Shown here one piece after another: positions 39,327 through 47,983 of a DNA stretch of 64,000 nucleotides. The stretch's first letter is position 1; each line of letters starts with the position of its first letter. The notes beneath the pieces were generated by a model. The model was not told the origin of the DNA, ran no database searches, and saw only the letters and a list, made by a program, of their open reading frames with translations. This stretch comes from Planctomycetota bacterium. Lineage in GTDB: Bacteria > Planctomycetota > B15-G4. The translations under genes and the position numbers were made by a program. Where the stretch lies: positions 256,001 through 320,000 of the forward strand of contig CBDFJQ010000002.1 of the NCBI GenBank assembly GCA_965248575.1. The letters run 5' to 3'.

Positions 39327-41324
39327 ATGAACTTGCGTCCAAAAAGCATGCGCTGGTTGGCAGCCATCTGCCTGGCGATCTTCTTCTCCGGCTCCGTGGC
39401 TGAAGCTGTTGCAGCTCAGTCGTCGATTCGAATTCACGCTCGGCTGTTCCGCACCAAGACCGGCAAGAAGGCCGTGAAGTACACGCCCTTCAAGACCAAG
39501 AAGACCGACACCTTCCAGGTGATCGTGAAGCTGTACGAAGATGCAGGGGCGCAAACCCCGCTCTTGGACAGCGATGACCTGCCGTGGGAAGAGAGTGTCC
39601 AGGTGAGTGCGTCCTTCAAGGACCCTTCGGCGCCGGCCGCGCCGCAGAACGGCGTCTTCGTCGAGCCTACAAGCATCAAAGGCGAGCTCGATCTGATCAT
39701 TGGCGCCTCCAAGACCCTGCCCCCAGAGCTGGGGCTGCAGGAGGTTTTCTTCACGACATCCGTGGTGCCCATCAAGAAGAACATCCTGCAGCAGCCGTAT
39801 GAGGCTTCTCCGCCGCAGTTGCTCGGCGTAGCCGGAGTGGTGAGCGGCCTGATCAACCCCACGGAGATCTACCTCGGCGGCGATCTCCTGGTGAACGCCG
39901 CGGGAGAGTGGTTGGGTGACACCTCGAACCTGATGGGAGCACAGGGGCCCATGGGGCTTCCGGGTGCGGACGGACTGGATGGTGCCACCGGACCCACTGG
40001 GCCCACCGGTGCCGTGGGGCCCACGGGGGCGGCAGGCGCGACGGGCGCCATGGGACTGCCCGGCGCTCAGGGCCCGATGGGACTCGATGGGCCCGCCGGA
40101 CCGACGGGCGCCACGGGCGCCGCCGGGCCGACGGGTGCCCAGGGTGACGTGGGTCCGATCGGACCCACCGGCCCGACGGGAGTCACGGGAGCCACGGGAC
40201 CGACCGGTCCCAGCGGACCCCAGGGCGACGACGGTGCTCAGGGGCCCACGGGTCTCCAAGGTGAGCCCGGACCGCCCTTCACGGGCGGCACCGTGGACAG
40301 CATCGTGGCGACGTCAGCGGCCACCGCCTTCGAGGCAACGGCCGGTGACGTGCGCGCCTTCGGCGAGCTGGTCACGAGCAGCGGTGTGGTGCGCAACGAC
40401 CTGAACGGTTCGTTGACCATGCGCAGCCGCTTCGATGTGGACTTCGCCCGCGACGAAGACAACACCCAGCCGGGTGCGTGGTTCCAGTGGTTTGACAACG
40501 GGCAGAACCTGATCCCGTTCGGCAGCGACATCATGCGCTTGGATAACAACGGCGACCTCTTGGTGGCTGGAGCCGTGACGCCCAACGGCCTGGATCTGGC
40601 CGAGTCCTACCCGACGGTGGACGCGACCTTGACGCCTGGAACGGTTGTGGCGGTGGATCCCTCGCGCGCCGAACATGTGCTGCGCGCGAACGGCCTGGGC
40701 GGAAGCGCTTCGACGGTCCTGGGCATCGTGTCTACGGCTCCTGGCGTCAAGCTCTCCGACACCCGTCCGCTGCTCGGGCTGAACCCCGAGCTGCTGATGG
40801 CGTCGCGCCAGGCCATCGCGGCGGGAAACATTGCCCTCGGCCGCGCGTTGCGCCAGCAATGGGTGGGTCTGGAGGAGGCTGCTCGCGACCAGGTGTTCGT
40901 CGCCCTCGCGGGGCGTGTCCCGGTCAGCATCGACCCGGCCTCCGCTTCGATCCGGGCGGGAGATGCGTTGGGTCTCGGTGTCACCCCTGGAACCGCTGCC
41001 CGTCACGGTGGGCGCGGTCCGGTGATCGGTCTGGCTCTTGAGGACTGGGAAGGCAGCGCCAGCATCATGGTCTTCGTCAAGTTGGAGACGGGGACGACGT
41101 CGGCGCCGCCAGCACTGGTGGGGTCGAGCGTCGTGCGCGCCGGCGAGGATGAGGTCGTCGTGAAGAACAGCATCCTGCGGTCTGACTCCCTACCGACGAT
41201 CACCTTCTACGGTGATCCCGGGAGCTACTCCTGGATCGCCGACCGGGGTGAGGGCTACTTCGTTCTCAAGCTCGCGCAGCCGGTCGCCAATGCAGTGAGC
41301 TTCGGATACCAGGTCACTCCCTGA
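39327..41324 (+). CDS. Secreted collagen-like fibre protein with peptidase G2/IMC-like chaperone domain and small C-terminal beta domain
   Basis: Signal peptide (AVAAQ); 38 Gly-X-Y triplets; [43 protein letters not shown]. Confidence 0.8.
   Translation: MNLRPKSMRWLAAICLAIFFSGSVAEAVAAQSSIRIHARLFRTKTGKKAVKYTPFKTKKTDTFQVIVKLYEDAGAQTPLLDSDDLPWEESVQVSASFKDPSAPAAPQNGVFVEPTSIKGELDLIIGASKTLPPELGLQEVFFTTSVVPIKKNILQQPYEASPPQLLGVAGVVSGLINPTEIYLGGDLLVNAAGEWLGDTSNLMGAQGPMGLPGADGLDGATGPTGPTGAVGPTGAAGATGAMGLPGAQGPMGLDGPAGPTGATGAAGPTGAQGDVGPIGPTGPTGVTGATGPTGPSGPQGDDGAQGPTGLQGEPGPPFTGGTVDSIVATSAATAFEATAGDVRAFGELVTSSGVVRNDLNGSLTMRSRFDVDFARDEDNTQPGAWFQWFDNGQNLIPFGSDIMRLDNNGDLLVAGAVTPNGLDLAESYPTVDATLTPGTVVAVDPSRAEHVLRANGLGGSASTVLGIVSTAPGVKLSDTRPLLGLNPELLMASRQAIAAGNIALGRALRQQWVGLEEAARDQVFVALAGRVPVSIDPASASIRAGDALGLGVTPGTAARHGGRGPVIGLALEDWEGSASIMVFVKLETGTTSAPPALVGSSVVRAGEDEVVVKNSILRSDSLPTITFYGDPGSYSWIADRGEGYFVLKLAQPVANAVSFGYQVTP
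39936..40277 (+). repeat. Uninterrupted collagen (Gly-X-Y)38 coding repeat
   Basis: GAQGPMGLP...GLQGEPGPP counted directly; 14 triplets have Thr at Y. Confidence 0.95.
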
Positions 41325-41379
41325 TTGTCGGAGCCGGCAAGGTCCTGAAGTGAGGCGACCCTCGTCCTTGCTTCGCAAG

Positions 41380-41418
41380 ACGCCCGTGAGTCCCGCAGTG
41401 GATTCACGGGCGTTTTTT
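41380..41418 (+). terminator. Rho-independent terminator after the collagen gene
   Basis: Stem ACGCCCGTGAGTCC / GGATTCACGGGCGT, 6-nt loop, followed by a T run. Confidence 0.88.
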
Positions 41419-41521
41419 CATTTCCTCGTTCACGGTGAGAGCAGCTCGGGACTCTGTGTGGTGACGGGCCTTCGGCGTTGCTGGGCCCCTTGCCGGTTTC
41501 CCCCTTGGAGGTGCCTTTCAG

Positions 41522-41764
41522 ATGTGTCGCCGTTTTCTTGCGGTGCCCGTGGTGTTCGCAGCCGTCGCCCTGGGATTCGTCCCGGGCCTTGCGCCCCGGG
41601 TGGACGCCGCCATGGACCAGCAGTTCGTTGCGGCCCTGGGTGACGAGCAGGCCGCTGGGAGCTTGTTGACGCTCAACGTGGAGAACACAATCGGAATCCT
41701 GCTTGGAGATCGGGACTATCGAGCGCTCAAGAAGCGTACGTCGACTCACTCGAAGCGCGGTTGA
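41522..41764 (+). CDS. Short secreted ORF, possibly a remnant of an FG-GAP/VCBS protein
   Basis: GGAGGT RBS about 10 nt upstream; signal-like N-terminus; NTIGILLGDRD resembles the FG-GAP NTVSVLLGNGD. Confidence 0.4.
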   Translation: MCRRFLAVPVVFAAVALGFVPGLAPRVDAAMDQQFVAALGDEQAAGSLLTLNVENTIGILLGDRDYRALKKRTSTHSKRG

Positions 41765-41807
41765 TGGTTGGGGCTCCGGCCCCTCTCTGTTCTCGCGGAG
41801 GTGCTCG

Positions 41808-42398
41808 ATGCACCTGCGGTCTGATGAGAGTGTCTCCTCATCGACACCTGCTCTTCCGTCTGACGACGGGGGGGCAGGTGCGCTGGACACTTGGGTCCGG
41901 CGTGCCCAAGAGGGTGATGGTGAAGCCTTCGGGCGGCTCTACGCACATCATGCGCCGATGCTCCACGCCCTCTTGCTCGCTTCGGTCCAGCCGGCCGACG
42001 CGGACGACCTCCTGCAAGAGGTCTTCCTCTCCGCCTGGAAAGGCGTTGGCGGCTTGCGTTCCACCGAACACGTGGGCGCCTGGCTGTCCGTCATTGCTCG
42101 CAATGCAGCCAGGAGATTTCACAGTCGGGCGAAACCCAGGCCCGAACCCATCCCTGAGATGCTCGTGGATCGCGCGGCCCAGGAGGGCTCGCGGGTCGCC
42201 GAGGGTGGGGAGCTGCTGGAGCTGATCCGCGGCTTGTCCGAAACCTACCGAGAGGCTCTGCTGATGAGGCTTGTAGAAGGCATGAGCGGCCCGGAGATTG
42301 CAGCAGCCACGGGCCTCGGCCAAGAGTCCGTGCGCACCCATTTGAGCCGCGGCATGAAACAGCTGCGCGCTCGGCTCCGACAACGAGGTTGGCAATGA
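41808..42398 (+). CDS. ECF RNA polymerase sigma-70 factor
   Basis: AQEGDGEAFGRLY, ADDLLQEVF, AWLSVIARN, YREALLMR..EGMSGPEIA, VRTHLSRG; GGAGGT RBS. Confidence 0.93.
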   Translation: MHLRSDESVSSSTPALPSDDGGAGALDTWVRRAQEGDGEAFGRLYAHHAPMLHALLLASVQPADADDLLQEVFLSAWKGVGGLRSTEHVGAWLSVIARNAARRFHSRAKPRPEPIPEMLVDRAAQEGSRVAEGGELLELIRGLSETYREALLMRLVEGMSGPEIAAATGLGQESVRTHLSRGMKQLRARLRQRGWQ

Positions 42399-43576
42399 AC
42401 ACAGGAGACTGGAAACGGCCCGAGCAGGATGCGGAACCTGATGACGCTCCTCCCACCGACGTCGAGTTGGAAGAGCTCTGGAATCCAGAGACCGCCGCGG
42501 AGGACGTGCGCTCCATCGAAGATCGCTTACGACCTCTGGCCCTGAAGGAACGGGCGTGGGGCCAGCAGGGTCGAGAGCTGCTTGCTTCAAGCGCTGACGG
42601 GTCGCCAACCGGCCAGCAGGAGCCGCCGGAAGAATCATGGGAGGAGCGGGGGCGATCCCCGGTCTGGAAGGCTGGCGGCAATGGTTTCGTGCGCGTCGTG
42701 TCGATGCTCGCTGCGGTCCTGCTCGTGGTGCTCTTCTTGAGCGACGCCCTGGACTGGTGGCCGACCGGAGGTGATGCCGGAAGGGATGCCGAGTCCGCCT
42801 ACGTTGTCGAGGCCTTGGATGGAGCTGCTCAGGTCCAACGGCGTGGGACCATCCATACGGCAGAGCGCTTCGCGCTGGAGGCAGGTGATCGCGTGGTGTG
42901 TGATGAGCTGAGCAGCGCGCGCCTGAACGTTGCCCATGCCGGTTGGTTGCGCATGGAAGCAGGCACCGCCTTGCGTGTGGACTCGGAGCCCCGGGGAGCT
43001 GGTGACGGCTGGCGTCTCTATCTGGAACGCGGGCAGGTCACCGCGAGCATCTTCGCAGCGCCCCGCTTGTTCCAGGTGGGGACCCCTTCGGGCATTGCCG
43101 TGGATCTGGGTTGCGCCTACACGGCGAGCGTGGGGGATTCGGGGGAGACCGTATTGACGGTGCGCGGGGGCCAGGTGTCCTTCGAAACTGCGCTTCGGAA
43201 GGTGTTCGTGCCCGAAGGTGCGCGCGTCGTGGCCTGGCCTGGCAAGGGGCCAGGGACGCCGGTCTGGGAGGATGCTTCGGCACCCTTGCGTCGGGCATTC
43301 GAGTGGCTCGATGGCTTGGCCGAGACGCCGGCAGCAGAGCTGGATTCCCTGGAATCCCAGTCGGCTCTCTCGGAGTTGAGCGGCATCCATGAGGCCCGGC
43401 ACAGCCTGTCCTTGTGGCACCTGCTCAAGCATCCGCATCCGCAGGTGGCGCGCTCCGTGATGAAGGCTCTGCTCGCCTTGTGCCCCCCTGCAGGCGACGT
43501 CGATCTGATGGCATTGCAGGCCTTGGAGCCCTTGGCCCTCGCGGATTGGCGGACACAGCTCGAAGCAGGCTGGTAG
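42395..43576 (+). CDS. FecR-domain anti-sigma factor
   Basis: ATGA overlap with the sigma gene; single TM (MLAAVLLVVLF); LERGQV, FQVGTPSGIAVDLG, VRGGQVSF. Confidence 0.8.
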   Translation: MNTGDWKRPEQDAEPDDAPPTDVELEELWNPETAAEDVRSIEDRLRPLALKERAWGQQGRELLASSADGSPTGQQEPPEESWEERGRSPVWKAGGNGFVRVVSMLAAVLLVVLFLSDALDWWPTGGDAGRDAESAYVVEALDGAAQVQRRGTIHTAERFALEAGDRVVCDELSSARLNVAHAGWLRMEAGTALRVDSEPRGAGDGWRLYLERGQVTASIFAAPRLFQVGTPSGIAVDLGCAYTASVGDSGETVLTVRGGQVSFETALRKVFVPEGARVVAWPGKGPGTPVWEDASAPLRRAFEWLDGLAETPAAELDSLESQSALSELSGIHEARHSLSLWHLLKHPHPQVARSVMKALLALCPPAGDVDLMALQALEPLALADWRTQLEAGW

Positions 43577-43598
43577 ATCGGTTCTTGAGGCGCTCCTC

Positions 43599-43626
43599 GC
43601 CGTTCTCAGCCGTTCTCAGCCGTTCT
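43599..43626. repeat. 10-bp tandem repeat GCCGTTCTCA x2.8
   Basis: gccgttctca gccgttctca gccgttct in the intergenic region. Confidence 0.7.
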
Positions 43627-43776
43627 GGTGCCCCCTTCGTTTGGGGGCGGGCCGGGTCAGCGGTGGGGGCGATGGCCGGCTCTCATCCCCGGCTGTGGGG
43701 CTGGGGTAGACTTCTCGGAGCCGCCGCAGTTGCTCGCTGCGCGTCGGCCTTGCCCTGTGCGTCGGACCCAGCTGCC

Positions 43777-45102
43777 ATGAGATGGACCTGCCTTGCCTCT
43801 GCCCTGCTTCTCGCCGCGCCCCTCTGGGGGCAGGTCCCCGTGGGAGAACCCTTCCCGCTCGCCTCGGAGACCGTCGTCAACCTAGGGCTCTCCTGGCAGG
43901 ACGAGTGGGCCAATGTGGCGATGAATCCCGACGGTTCGGGCTACTCCGTCGCGTGGAATGATGAGGCCGACCGCACGATTCGCGCGCGCTTCTTCCAAGC
44001 AGACGGAACGCCGCTGACCGGGGACGTCTTCGTCAACCCGACCTTCAATTCGGGTCGCCAGGATGAGCCCATGAGCGCGAGCGACGCGCTTGGCAATGTG
44101 TTCATCTGTTGGTCCGATCGCGACGCCAACGACGGCAGCGGCATGGGAACCTTCGGTCGCGTGCTGACCCTCGACGGGACGCCGCTTGGCCCCGATTTCA
44201 TCATCAACAACACGACCATCAACTCCCAATGGGAGCCCATGCCCGCACCCTTGCCCGGCGGCGGCTGGGTTGTCGCCTTCAATGGTGACAACGACGGGGA
44301 TGCCTACCTGCGATTCGTCGATGTGGGCGGGACGCCGCTGGGCAGTGATGTCCAGATCAACACGTTCGACAACAACGGGCAGACCGAGGCTGAGGTGCGC
44401 GCCCTTCCGGACGGCACCATCATGGCCGTCTTCGCTGACTTCGGCGGAAACGTCTTCCCCTTCATGGGGACCAATCTCTTCGGCCGGCGCTTCAACACCT
44501 CGGGTGTTCCTTTGGATGTGGATGTGTTCCCCATCCACGAGTCGACAACCGCCTTTGATCAACTCGAACCGCGCATGGCCAACAGCGACGACGCCTTCGT
44601 CATCGTCTGGGAGGACCGAGGCAATGACGGCAGCGGGTCGGGCGTTTGGGCGCGCCGCTTCGATGCTTCTGCCACGCCCCTGGAGCCGGAGTTTCGGGTC
44701 AACTTGATCATTTCAGGCAACCAGTTCCTGCCTGAGGTCGCCAGCACGGCCAACGGCGAGTTCGTGGTCTGTTGGGAGGAGTGGTCGTCGGGTGTGAGTC
44801 GCATCCGCGCCCGGGCTTTCGACTCGTCGGGCCAGCCCATGGGCTTCGGGTTCTGGGTCAGCGAAAGCACAGCGGGGGGCTACCGCCGTCCGACAGTGGC
44901 CATGTCTGCGGACGGGACACGGGTCATCTTTGCCTACGGGGGCCCCGGCACGGGGGGCTCGAACAGCGAGGACATCTACGTCCGGCAGTTCGCCTGGGCG
45001 TTCGTGAAGGAGGGCCTGGGTGGCTCCAGGCCTGTCAGGAAGGCAGCGCCCGGCCCGCCAACATCAGCGCCGCCTGCGGGGTCTAGTGCAATCCTGAAGT
45101 GA
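43777..45102 (+). CDS. Secreted 7-repeat (probable beta-propeller) protein
   Basis: Signal peptide MRWTCLASALLLAAPLWGQ; seven ~55-aa repeats of the form VN..Q..P.VA...G.F.V.W....I.AR.F...G.PL. Confidence 0.75.
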   Translation: MRWTCLASALLLAAPLWGQVPVGEPFPLASETVVNLGLSWQDEWANVAMNPDGSGYSVAWNDEADRTIRARFFQADGTPLTGDVFVNPTFNSGRQDEPMSASDALGNVFICWSDRDANDGSGMGTFGRVLTLDGTPLGPDFIINNTTINSQWEPMPAPLPGGGWVVAFNGDNDGDAYLRFVDVGGTPLGSDVQINTFDNNGQTEAEVRALPDGTIMAVFADFGGNVFPFMGTNLFGRRFNTSGVPLDVDVFPIHESTTAFDQLEPRMANSDDAFVIVWEDRGNDGSGSGVWARRFDASATPLEPEFRVNLIISGNQFLPEVASTANGEFVVCWEEWSSGVSRIRARAFDSSGQPMGFGFWVSESTAGGYRRPTVAMSADGTRVIFAYGGPGTGGSNSEDIYVRQFAWAFVKEGLGGSRPVRKAAPGPPTSAPPAGSSAILK

Positions 45103-45910
45103 TGCCGGGGCCAGCCTCAGGCTCCTCGGTGGTCTCAGTCGTGGCCGCTTCGGCATCTGGCAGGTAGGCCAGGAAGACACGCCGCACGTCGGCCATGTGT
45201 GCGTCGAGTGTGTCGACCTCCCAATGGCTCGTGGCGATGGGTGGCAGCACGTCGACGCGGAGCGTTCCGCTGCGGGCCACGAAGCTCCCCGTGGGGAGCA
45301 GCGTGCGAACACCACGCATGATCAGGACGACGAGCGGCAAGCCGGTGTCGAGGGCCACGTGGAAAGGGCCTCGCTTGAAGGCGATCAGTCCGGACTTGCG
45401 AGAACGAGAGCCTTCCGGAGCAACCAACAGCAATTCGCCTCGCTCGCACACTCGACGGCCCGCCGCTCTCATGCTCTCGACGGCGCGCTCGCGGTCGGAG
45501 CGGTCCACGGGGATGAGGTCGAGATGCTTCATGAGCCGCCCGATGATGGGCACCTTGTGGAACTCCTTCTTGTAGATCACCACGCTCCGGTCCGACCAGA
45601 GCGAGGACATGATGAACAGGTCCAGCAGGCTCTGGTGGTTGAAGAGGACGAGGTGTCCACCATCCTGCTCAAGATGTTCCGTGCCATGCGTCTCGAGCCG
45701 GACCCCGCACAGGAACAGGCCGGTGCGCCCCCAGCAACGGAGGAGACGCGAGCGCGACCGCCGGAACTGAGAGGGCCAGCAGAGCGCCAGCAACAGCATG
45801 AAGCCCGCGATGCCGAAGGTGCACAGGATCGCCGGGATGAAACACACGATGCCGTGCAACCGGCTGCCGGGTTGCGGGTCCCAGCTTTCGTGAGTGCCGG
45901 TTTCGACCAT
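45083..45910 (-). CDS. plsC: 1-acyl-sn-glycerol-3-phosphate acyltransferase family
   Basis: NHQSLLD, KKEF..VPIIG, VDRS, APEGSRS, FKRGPF. Confidence 0.85.
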   Translation of the reverse strand: MVETGTHESWDPQPGSRLHGIVCFIPAILCTFGIAGFMLLLALCWPSQFRRSRSRLLRCWGRTGLFLCGVRLETHGTEHLEQDGGHLVLFNHQSLLDLFIMSSLWSDRSVVIYKKEFHKVPIIGRLMKHLDLIPVDRSDRERAVESMRAAGRRVCERGELLLVAPEGSRSRKSGLIAFKRGPFHVALDTGLPLVVLIMRGVRTLLPTGSFVARSGTLRVDVLPPIATSHWEVDTLDAHMADVRRVFLAYLPDAEAATTETTEEPEAGPGITSGLH

Positions 45911-45955
45911 GGTCTGTGATGGGGGACTCGTGGAAGGGTGTGGGGCGCCTGGGGT

Positions 45956-46375
45956 CTAGTGCTGCGAGATGGCGACCGGCAGGAAGTCCTCGTCGACGGC
46001 CACCATGGTGACCTGCGCCTCTGTCACCAGGATCGGGACTCCTTGGCACATGCGTCGTTCTGCAAAGACGGTGACCTTCATGGTGATCGACGAGGTGCCC
46101 ACGCGCAGGGTGTCCACGAAGATCGTCATGACGTCACCGACGAAGACCGGCTTCTTGAACTCGACCTTGTCCATGGCCACGGTGACGATGGTGCCCGCAT
46201 GGTGGCGCCGGGCGCCGATGGCGGCTGCGAGGTCAATGTCCGACAGGATGGCGCCGCCAAAGATGGTTCCCATGGCATTGGTGTCCTGGGGCACCATCAC
46301 GCGGCGAATAGCCGGCATCTGGTCGGTGGGGAAGGGCGGAGCTTGGGGCTCCTCGGGACAGTCGTCAGGGCACAT
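45956..46375 (-). CDS. Acyl-CoA thioesterase (hotdog fold, YciA-like)
   Basis: PQDTNAMGTIFGG, DLAA, VTVAMDKVEFKKPVFVGD, VGTSS. Confidence 0.92.
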   Translation of the reverse strand: MCPDDCPEEPQAPPFPTDQMPAIRRVMVPQDTNAMGTIFGGAILSDIDLAAAIGARRHHAGTIVTVAMDKVEFKKPVFVGDVMTIFVDTLRVGTSSITMKVTVFAERRMCQGVPILVTEAQVTMVAVDEDFLPVAISQH

Positions 46376-46591
46376 GGGCAAGGTCTGCTGGGGATTTGAG
46401 GGCGTTCAGAGGCAGCGCGCGTGCTGGTTCGGCCCTGTGCGATGTCAGTGTACGATCTGGGTTGCGGTCGACGTCCCAGGAGAGCTTGGCTCCGGAGGTC
46501 AGATTCCATGCGTGAAGGTCACCTGTCCAGAACACCCTCTCCACTCGCACGCGGTGCAGGGGGCCCGATCCGGCGCCCTGGGCGCGCGGCC

Positions 46592-47959
46592 ATGGCTCAG
46601 GTCGTCCTCGCGTCGGGTCTGTTGGCGTGGGGGACCGCAGGCCGCGTGGCAGCAAGCTCCGCCCCGGATCCCAATCTGGCACTGGCCGGGCCGCCTGCCG
46701 TCGCGCCCCAGAACCAGGCGGCAGCCCCGCGCAGCGGTCCCGACGACACTGAAACTCGTGAGCGGCTCTTGAAGCTCGTGAGCGGCCAGGTGCTGCGAGG
46801 ATCCTCCAGGAAGGTCGACGGCCAGTGGGAGATCCGGCAGAGAAAGGGCTGGACCCGGCTTCCAGAACAGATGGTGGCTACGAGCTTCTTGGAGCGGGAG
46901 GTCCTGCGAGAGCAGAAGCAGCGTCGAGCTTCGGTGGGTCGCAACGACATGGATGCCTGGCTTGGAGTGGCGGCCTGGGAGCTGGACGCAGGCCTGTACG
47001 ACGAAGGCTTGCGGGACCTCGACCGTGTGCTGGAAGACGACCCCGACCACATGGGGGCGCTGCTGCTGCTGGCGAACCCCCGACTGCCCTTCGGGCTGCC
47101 ACGGGGCGAGGACGGCGGGCCGGCGAGCCTCAGCACCCTGCTCGACTACGGGGGACAGGCTCCGCGCGCGATCCAGGAGCTGGTTGTCCGTGAGCTGTCC
47201 CACCGGAAAGGGAGCGAGCTGCAGCAATCGCTCATGAAGAAAGAGCTCAGCCGGCGCCTCCGCTCACCCAAGCCCAGCCAGCGTGTCTTTGCCACCTTGG
47301 CCTGCCGACGCCTGTTCCCGACTGGCCTGGCGCTGCAGGAGTTGCTGCGCCGATCCCTGGTGGACCCCTCGGCGGATGTGCGCACCGGCGCAGCCCTCGC
47401 CCTGCGAGACACCGGTGAGGAGGGCCTGATGCTGCCCCTCGTCCGCGCCCTGGAGAGTTCGTCCTCGGTGCTGCGGACGCACGCCGCCCGCAGTCTGGGG
47501 ACCATGGGGTTCGCCGCAGCCGTCGCACCCTTGGCCACCCGGCTTGCCACGTTGCGTACTGCTGCTGGTGGGGATGGTTGGACAGCCCCTGCCAGCCACA
47601 TCTTCGTGGGACGTCAAATCGCCTTCGTGCAGGACTTCGAACCGGAGGTCGCCACGAGCGCCGTGATCGCGAAGCCCCAAATCGGCGTCGCGATGGAAGG
47701 GGCCACCCTCGATGTGAGGGTGTTCGGCATCGGCGGCATGGGCGGCGGCGGGTCGTCCCTCAGCTACAGCCATGCCACCGAGACCAAGGCCCTGCGCCGT
47801 GCGCTGAGCCATATCACCCGGGCGGAGGTTCGGGACACCAACACGGCCTGGTCCCAGTGGTGGGACAGCCATGGCAACGACTGGATGGCGCGCCATCTCC
47901 CGGATCGCGAGCTCGAGAGCGGCACGACGGTGAGCGATGCGAGTGTCAGCCGGGGCTGA
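46592..47959 (+). CDS. Secreted HEAT-repeat protein with a secretin-like beta insert
   Basis: Signal-like start; DPSADVRTGAALAL and LRTHAARSLG HEAT repeats; terminal WSQWW; start uncertain. Confidence 0.65.
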   Translation: MAQVVLASGLLAWGTAGRVAASSAPDPNLALAGPPAVAPQNQAAAPRSGPDDTETRERLLKLVSGQVLRGSSRKVDGQWEIRQRKGWTRLPEQMVATSFLEREVLREQKQRRASVGRNDMDAWLGVAAWELDAGLYDEGLRDLDRVLEDDPDHMGALLLLANPRLPFGLPRGEDGGPASLSTLLDYGGQAPRAIQELVVRELSHRKGSELQQSLMKKELSRRLRSPKPSQRVFATLACRRLFPTGLALQELLRRSLVDPSADVRTGAALALRDTGEEGLMLPLVRALESSSSVLRTHAARSLGTMGFAAAVAPLATRLATLRTAAGGDGWTAPASHIFVGRQIAFVQDFEPEVATSAVIAKPQIGVAMEGATLDVRVFGIGGMGGGGSSLSYSHATETKALRRALSHITRAEVRDTNTAWSQWWDSHGNDWMARHLPDRELESGTTVSDASVSRG

Positions 47960-47983
47960 GACCCGGACAAGCATCAGCCGCGG

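Noticed and set aside
39327..41324. Prophage tail fibre
   Set aside because: Has a Sec signal peptide and its own terminator; no phage structural or integrase genes nearby
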